From: Candidatus Eiseniibacteriota bacterium
GTDB lineage: Bacteria; Eisenbacteria; RBG-16-71-46; JABDJR01; JAWXBZ01
Reading direction: 5' to 3'
Assembly (NCBI GenBank): GCA_034440375.1
Contig: JAWXBZ010000036.1
Span: forward strand, 1-11,709
DNA length: 11,709 nucleotides
In this document: piece by piece, positions 7,458 to 11,709 of the stretch
Numbering within the stretch: the first letter of the stretch is position 1
Layout of the letters: every line of letters begins with the position of its first letter
The notes under the pieces: model-generated
Told to the model about the DNA's origin: nothing
The model's database searches: none
Seen by the model: the letters and a program-made list of their open reading frames with translations, nothing else
Position numbers and translations under genes: made by a program

Positions 7458-7480
7458 GTGAACAAATGAGTAATCTGCAA
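7451..7480 (-). promoter_or_regulatory. putative sigma70-type promoter for the beta-propeller gene
   Basis: The - strand reads TTGCAG (7480-7475), an 18-nt AT-rich spacer, then TATAGT (7456-7451), about 75 nt upstream of the TTG start. Confidence 0.55.
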
Positions 7481-7504
7481 GCCTCGTCCTTCAATCGTTC
7501 GCCC

Positions 7505-8635
7505 TCATCGCTCGATCGACTTGTTGCCCTGTGCAACCTTGTCCGCGGCGGCCCAGCGCTCGAGCCAGGTGTCGAAACGCCTTATATGGCGATCGTACAG
7601 GCGGTGGTCGGACCGGATTGCCTCGCGCAGATTGAAGTCGCCCTTGATGGCGTCTTCGAATCGGGGGCGTCCGGCCATGAGCGAGCCTGCCGCCCGTTCC
7701 AAAATCAGCGCGGTGGCCCGGTCGGCCAGAATGTCCCACAGGGCCTTGCCGTAGGCCGGCGTGGCGCGGGCCGGATGGCCAAGATAACCCGGCCATCCGA
7801 ATGTCTTGACGATGGTCACCGCGTCACTCCATGTGGAGGCGATCCTCGGTTCCAGCCCGGTGTAGTCGCTGTCCACATCCTCCGGAAAAAGGCGAAGCAT
7901 CAAGGAGGTCTCGGCCACGCCGCCGGAAAGGAGCTCGAACGTCATGGAGGCCTCGGGCACGTCTCCAAGAGTCTTGATGCCCAGCGCCTGCGCTTCGGCC
8001 AGCGTCGTCGAATCGGCCATCAGAAGGCTCATCACGTTCATGGCACCCATGCCGTAGTTCTGCAGGTAAAAATCGCAGGCATCCGAGATGGCCTTCAGGT
8101 GTTGTGGATCGAGATGAAAACTGATGACCGACAGATTCGGGTAGGCATTTTCAGCCGGCCCGAGAATCCAGGCCCCGAGAAATCGACGCATCGTGAACAG
8201 GTCGAGCGGGACCGAGGAGGAGTGAAAGTAGACTCCCCCGATCTCACCGGTGCCCCCGGCGCCGACCGGCAGCTCCGGCAGGATCAGGACGGACCAGTCC
8301 GGTTGTGCCTTTCGAAGGCGACGGGCCACCTCATCGGTCAGCGCCACGCTGAGCTTGAGCGAGGTGCCCGCCGGAAGATGCGGCCCGTGCAGGTCGATCG
8401 GGCTGATGGCCTGGAGCAGAAAACAGTGGCTCCGATCGAGCCGGGCCGCCTCGACCCGACGCAACTCGGCCAGGTGGTAAATGCCCGGTGCGGGCGGCAC
8501 GGGGCGGTCGGCGGCCGGCTTCTCACGGGCGAACGACACAGCGGCACCGACAAGCATCAGTACCGCTGTCAGCATCATCGGAAGACTCTGGTGGCGCGCG
8601 ACTTTCAGGCCGCGACGAAATGACGGTAATGGCAT
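7505..8635 (-). CDS. creatininase/creatinine amidohydrolase family protein, signal-peptide-bearing, with degenerate active-site motifs, 376 aa
   Basis: IYHLAEL, ISPIDLHGPHLPAGTS, ILPELPVG, ISFHLDPQH, GGVAETSLMLRLFPEDV and GYLGHPARATPAYGKAL follow the creatininase-fold motif order. ATG at 8635 is 13 nt after the GT2 stop and has AGGA upstream. Alternative starts are ATGs at 8578 and 8575. Hydrophobic segment LTAVLMLVGAAVSFA. Confidence 0.8.
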   Translation of the reverse strand: MPLPSFRRGLKVARHQSLPMMLTAVLMLVGAAVSFAREKPAADRPVPPAPGIYHLAELRRVEAARLDRSHCFLLQAISPIDLHGPHLPAGTSLKLSVALTDEVARRLRKAQPDWSVLILPELPVGAGGTGEIGGVYFHSSSVPLDLFTMRRFLGAWILGPAENAYPNLSVISFHLDPQHLKAISDACDFYLQNYGMGAMNVMSLLMADSTTLAEAQALGIKTLGDVPEASMTFELLSGGVAETSLMLRLFPEDVDSDYTGLEPRIASTWSDAVTIVKTFGWPGYLGHPARATPAYGKALWDILADRATALILERAAGSLMAGRPRFEDAIKGDFNLREAIRSDHRLYDRHIRRFDTWLERWAAADKVAQGNKSIER

Positions 8636-8648
8636 CAGCAGATTCCTG

Positions 8649-9431
8649 TCATGAAGGGGCCCCGGACGGCTTGCCGAGAAGTTCGGGACCGGGCGCGTGC
8701 CCAGCCTTGACTCGATCAAGCTCGCGACGATAGCGACGATAGTAGTTCCAGATCTCACGGATGGTGCGCAGGATGACGCTTGGTCGGGCACCGGTGGAAA
8801 CTCCGTCCATGCGCGGCAGATGGGTGACGCCGACCTCGGTTGAAGCGTAATTGAGAAGCCGGGCCTTGATGGCTATCTCGGCGTCGATAAAGGCGTCATT
8901 GCTTTCGATCACGATCTTGTCGAACAGATTGCGTCGGTAAATCTTGAAGGCGCAGTCGACGTCGCGATCACGGATATCAAACAGGACACGCAGGACCAGG
9001 TTGTAGATGAACGACGTGAACTTCCGCCAGCGCGAATACTGCTTGTTGATGCGAAAGCCGGCCACGATGTCGGTGTAAGGCGTCAGGGCCACGAACTTCT
9101 TGAGCTCGGAAAGATCGAACTGGTTGTCGCCATCGGTATAGAACACCCACTCGTGGCGGGCGCTGGTGAAGCCGGTCTTGAGCGCCGCGCCGTATCCCAG
9201 GTTCTTCGGATGGTGAATGACTCGCACGTTTGGATGCCGGGCCGCAAGCTCGTCGGCCACCTCGCCGGTTCGGTCGGGACTGCCATCCTCGACAATTGTA
9301 ATCTCGAAGGTATCGATCCCCATCTCGCGGATAGCTTTCAACAGCCCCTCCGTGACCTTGCCGATGTTTTTTTCGTCGTAATACGCCGGGAAGAAAACAG
9401 ACAGCGAAAAGGTCCTGGGATCGAAGGTCAT
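8649..9431 (-). CDS. glycosyltransferase family 2 (DPM1/ArnC-like polyprenyl-phosphate glycosyltransferase), 260 aa
   Basis: LSVFFPAYYDE, EITIVEDGSPDRT, VIHHPKNLGYGAALKTG, DxD motif YTDGDNQFD, DVDCAFKIYRR and EVGVTHLPR. ATGA overlap with the upstream stop. Confidence 0.92.
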   Translation of the reverse strand: MTFDPRTFSLSVFFPAYYDEKNIGKVTEGLLKAIREMGIDTFEITIVEDGSPDRTGEVADELAARHPNVRVIHHPKNLGYGAALKTGFTSARHEWVFYTDGDNQFDLSELKKFVALTPYTDIVAGFRINKQYSRWRKFTSFIYNLVLRVLFDIRDRDVDCAFKIYRRNLFDKIVIESNDAFIDAEIAIKARLLNYASTEVGVTHLPRMDGVSTGARPSVILRTIREIWNYYRRYRRELDRVKAGHAPGPELLGKPSGAPS

Positions 9432-10387
9432 TGCGGGCTCCCGGAGGTCGGCGCGGCCGCGTTCATCCAGGCCCAGGTCCGGGCCAGGCCGGTTTCGAGA
9501 TCGGTATCGGCGCGCCAGCCGGTGAGCCGGGTCAGGCGACCGGAATCAAGTACATTCGTCGGCACATCGAGCGGGCGCCCGGGAAGCCGGTTGACAACCA
9601 CCGGCCTTGCGGTTGCGCGCCGGATCGCCTCGATCAATGAAACGAGGCTGGTACCCTCACCGCTCCCCACGTTGAAGACACCGGAAGCCTCCGGATTTTC
9701 GAGCACCTGGCGAAAGGCGCGGACGCCGTCCTTGATGTAGAGATAGTCGCGCACGGCGGAACCGTCTCCCCACAGGTCGATTGGTTCGCCCCGCTGCACG
9801 CGCCCGAGAAAAACGGCCACCGCCCCCTGCGCGGCGGCCGGATTCTGCCGTTCGCCGTACGGATTCGAAAAACGCAGGACGGCGCTGTTGAGTCCGTAAA
9901 GCCGGTGGTACAGCGCCAGGTATTTCTCGATGGCCAGCTTTCCGATGCCGTACGAACAGGCCGGCTCGGTGGGGTGATCTTCGTCGATCGGAATTCGCTG
10001 CGCCGGGCCGTAAACGGTTCCGCCGGAGGAGATGAAGAGGATTCGGGTGACGCCGGCCCTTCGAGCCTCGTCGAGAAAGTTCAGCGAGGCGATGACATTG
10101 GATTCGATGTCGTAGGCCGGGTTTTCATTGCTGCTGGATGGCAGCGTGGTCGACACGAGATGGATGGCAGTCCGGCAGCCGTCCAGCGCCGTCCGGACAT
10201 CCACCTGGTTGACGAAGTCCCCTTCCAGCATCTCCACCCGGTCCTGTACCTTTGCCAGGTTGCGCCAGTCGCCGCGGGTCTTGTCGAAGACGCGGACCGG
10301 CCAGCCGTGGGCCAGCAGCTCCTCGGTCAGATGGCTGCCGATGAATCCGGCCCCACCGAAAATGACGATTCGATCGCGTTCGCTCAA
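9428..10387 (-). CDS. NAD-dependent NDP-sugar epimerase/dehydratase (extended SDR, UDP-glucose 4-epimerase-like), 319 aa
   Basis: Rossmann motif GGAGFIG, ISSGGTVYG, catalytic YxxxK (YGIGK), LRFSNPYGERQ, WGDGSAVRDYLY and FNVGSG. TTG start overlaps the upstream TGA (TTGA). Confidence 0.93.
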   Translation of the reverse strand: MSERDRIVIFGGAGFIGSHLTEELLAHGWPVRVFDKTRGDWRNLAKVQDRVEMLEGDFVNQVDVRTALDGCRTAIHLVSTTLPSSSNENPAYDIESNVIASLNFLDEARRAGVTRILFISSGGTVYGPAQRIPIDEDHPTEPACSYGIGKLAIEKYLALYHRLYGLNSAVLRFSNPYGERQNPAAAQGAVAVFLGRVQRGEPIDLWGDGSAVRDYLYIKDGVRAFRQVLENPEASGVFNVGSGEGTSLVSLIEAIRRATARPVVVNRLPGRPLDVPTNVLDSGRLTRLTGWRADTDLETGLARTWAWMNAAAPTSGSPQ

Positions 10388-11709
10388 GAATTCCCCATCC
10401 GCGCTTCCAGAAAGGCCACGGCCCGCTCGGCATTTCGTTTCCAGGTGTACTCGTTTTCAACGCGCCGGCGGGCCTCAAGACCCAGATTTCGGCGGTACCC
10501 GGGATCGGAAGCCACCCGGTCCATGGCGGCCTGGAACGCCGCCGGCTGCCCTGGTGCGTAAAGCATACCGCTCTTTCGATCCTCGATCACGTCACCGATC
10601 TGCCCCAGGGCCGAAGCCACGACCGCCTTGCCCATCGCCAGGTATTCAAACAGCTTGGTCGGGGAGCCGAAAAACGGGGTTCCGTCCTCAAACGGCAGGT
10701 GCGGCGAGATGAGAACATCGCAGGCGGCCAGATGTTCCGGCACCGCTCCGTGCGGAATGAGGCCGGTGAACACCGCCCGGGAGGCCACGCCGGACCGGCG
10801 CAGGTGGTCCTCCACGGCCGAGCGGAGGTCGCCATCCCCCATGAAAAGGAAGCGGATGTCGGGATGCCGGGCCACGAGCGGCGCCACCTGCTCGGCCAGG
10901 AAGAGGACACCATGCCAGCGGGTGAACGTGCCCAGGAAGCCGCAGACGATGTCACTCGGCCGAAAGCCGAGGCGCTCGCGGAGGGCGCTTCCGTTGATGT
11001 CCGGCCGAAATGTCTGTGGGTCCACCCCGTTCGGGTTGACCAGGATTCGGGCCCGGTCGGCGCCAACACCGACCAGTGCCTTGGCCCCGATGGTCGACAC
11101 CGCCACGATCGCATCGGCCGATTCGAAGGCCACGCGCTCCATCAATTCGCCGAGCCGGCGGAATTGCAGGCGACTCCACATCGCCTTGGCACCCACCTCG
11201 GTGTGATTGGCCTCGAGGATCAACGGAATTCCGAGCCGGCGCGAGAGCATGGCGCCGGTGGCGTTGAACACGGCGTGCCGCTGATAGAGGATGTCCGGTG
11301 GCCGTTCGCGGAGAACCTTTTCCGCGCGGGCAATGAAGAAATGGTGATAGGCCACCATGGCGGCCTCGTCGTGCACCCGAACCGATCGGCCCGGCGCGAT
11401 GATCGTCTGCGGCACGCGCGCACGGTCAAGGCCGGGCACCTCGTCTGCCGCGATCGTTTCGACCGAATGCCCCGCATCGAGGAGGCCGCCGATCACGCCC
11501 ACCGTGTGCGATACCGATCCGCCGGCGCCGAGGCCGACAAACGACAGATCGCTGCGGAGATAGGCCACCCGGTACGGGGGATGCGGGGGCAGCGCCTTCG
11601 GGCGGGCTGGCCCTGCGCGCAGGGAAAGCGGGGTTTTGGCCAGGGCCCATCCTCCGACGGTGGCTTGCGCGGCCAGGCGGGCGGCGAGTCCCGGGACATC
11701 ACCCGGCAG
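10384..11709 (-). CDS. glycosyltransferase family 4 (GT-B), 5'-truncated
   Basis: PDILYQRH, IPLILEAN, ADAIVAVS, VNPNGVD, GFLGTFTRWHG, FGSPTKLFEYLAMGKAVVAS and YTW. By manual translation the frame is open to the window edge (LPGDVPGLAARLAAQATVGGWALAKTPLSLRAGPARPKALPPHPPYR-VAYLRSD), so the GTG at 11568 is probably internal. Confidence 0.92.
   Translation of the reverse strand: MPGDVPGLAARLAAQATVGGWALAKTPLSLRAGPARPKALPPHPPYRVAYLRSDLSFVGLGAGGSVSHTVGVIGGLLDAGHSVETIAADEVPGLDRARVPQTIIAPGRSVRVHDEAAMVAYHHFFIARAEKVLRERPPDILYQRHAVFNATGAMLSRRLGIPLILEANHTEVGAKAMWSRLQFRRLGELMERVAFESADAIVAVSTIGAKALVGVGADRARILVNPNGVDPQTFRPDINGSALRERLGFRPSDIVCGFLGTFTRWHGVLFLAEQVAPLVARHPDIRFLFMGDGDLRSAVEDHLRRSGVASRAVFTGLIPHGAVPEHLAACDVLISPHLPFEDGTPFFGSPTKLFEYLAMGKAVVASALGQIGDVIEDRKSGMLYAPGQPAAFQAAMDRVASDPGYRRNLGLEARRRVENEYTWKRNAERAVAFLEARMGNS

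Noticed and set aside
7456..7473. TGTGAA half-site resembling a Rex/CRP box
   Set aside because: The second half-site (TGAGTAA) does not match TTCACAA/TCACA.
5760..7504. ops/JUMPstart antitermination element before the glycan genes
   Set aside because: No GGCGGTAG-type match in either intergenic region (5760-5857, 7376-7504) on the coding strand.
7250..8623. 457-aa + strand ORF
   Set aside because: Antisense shadow of the creatininase-family gene. It has no recognisable motifs and crosses the promoter region. Long antisense ORFs are expected with high-GC codon bias.
8724..8741. Tandem 9-bp repeat GCGACGATA x2
   Set aside because: Only two copies, in frame, encoding YRR-YRR in the GT2 tail; not a contingency repeat or CRISPR.
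8636..8791. N-terminal extension of the creatininase ORF in the ORF track (start 8791)
   Set aside because: It overlaps the GT2 3' end by 143 nt. The ATG at 8635 has an SD-like AGGA and leads into the signal peptide.
11611..11624. Perfect 14-bp palindrome CCCTGCGCGCAGGG
   Set aside because: GC-rich, single copy and inside the open GT4 frame; plausibly chance.

Overview
High-GC bacterial window. One 5'-truncated + strand gene (3-713) encodes a CYTH-like domain, probably the C-terminus of an amidohydrolase-CYTH fusion. It converges on ten - strand genes. In transcription order these are: GT4 glycosyltransferase (5'-truncated), NDP-sugar epimerase/dehydratase, DPM1/ArnC-like GT2, a signal-peptide-bearing creatininase-family protein with a degenerate metal site, then an AT-rich promoter with a palindromic operator candidate, a secreted six-bladed PD40/TolB-like propeller with FN3-like and FlgD-Ig/T9SS-like C-terminal domains, an intergenic hairpin, a CapK/phenylacetate-CoA-ligase-like adenylating enzyme, a DUF362 protein, a SAM methyltransferase, DUF1428 and a secreted DUF6503-like protein. 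Overall it looks like part of a cell-surface glycan biosynthesis/modification locus. The FlgD-Ig protein suggests, by inference only, an FCB-related lineage such as Eisenbacteria, Latescibacterota or Krumholzibacteriota. No RNA genes, CRISPR arrays or mobile elements were seen. All family calls come from motif recognition by eye, not database searches.
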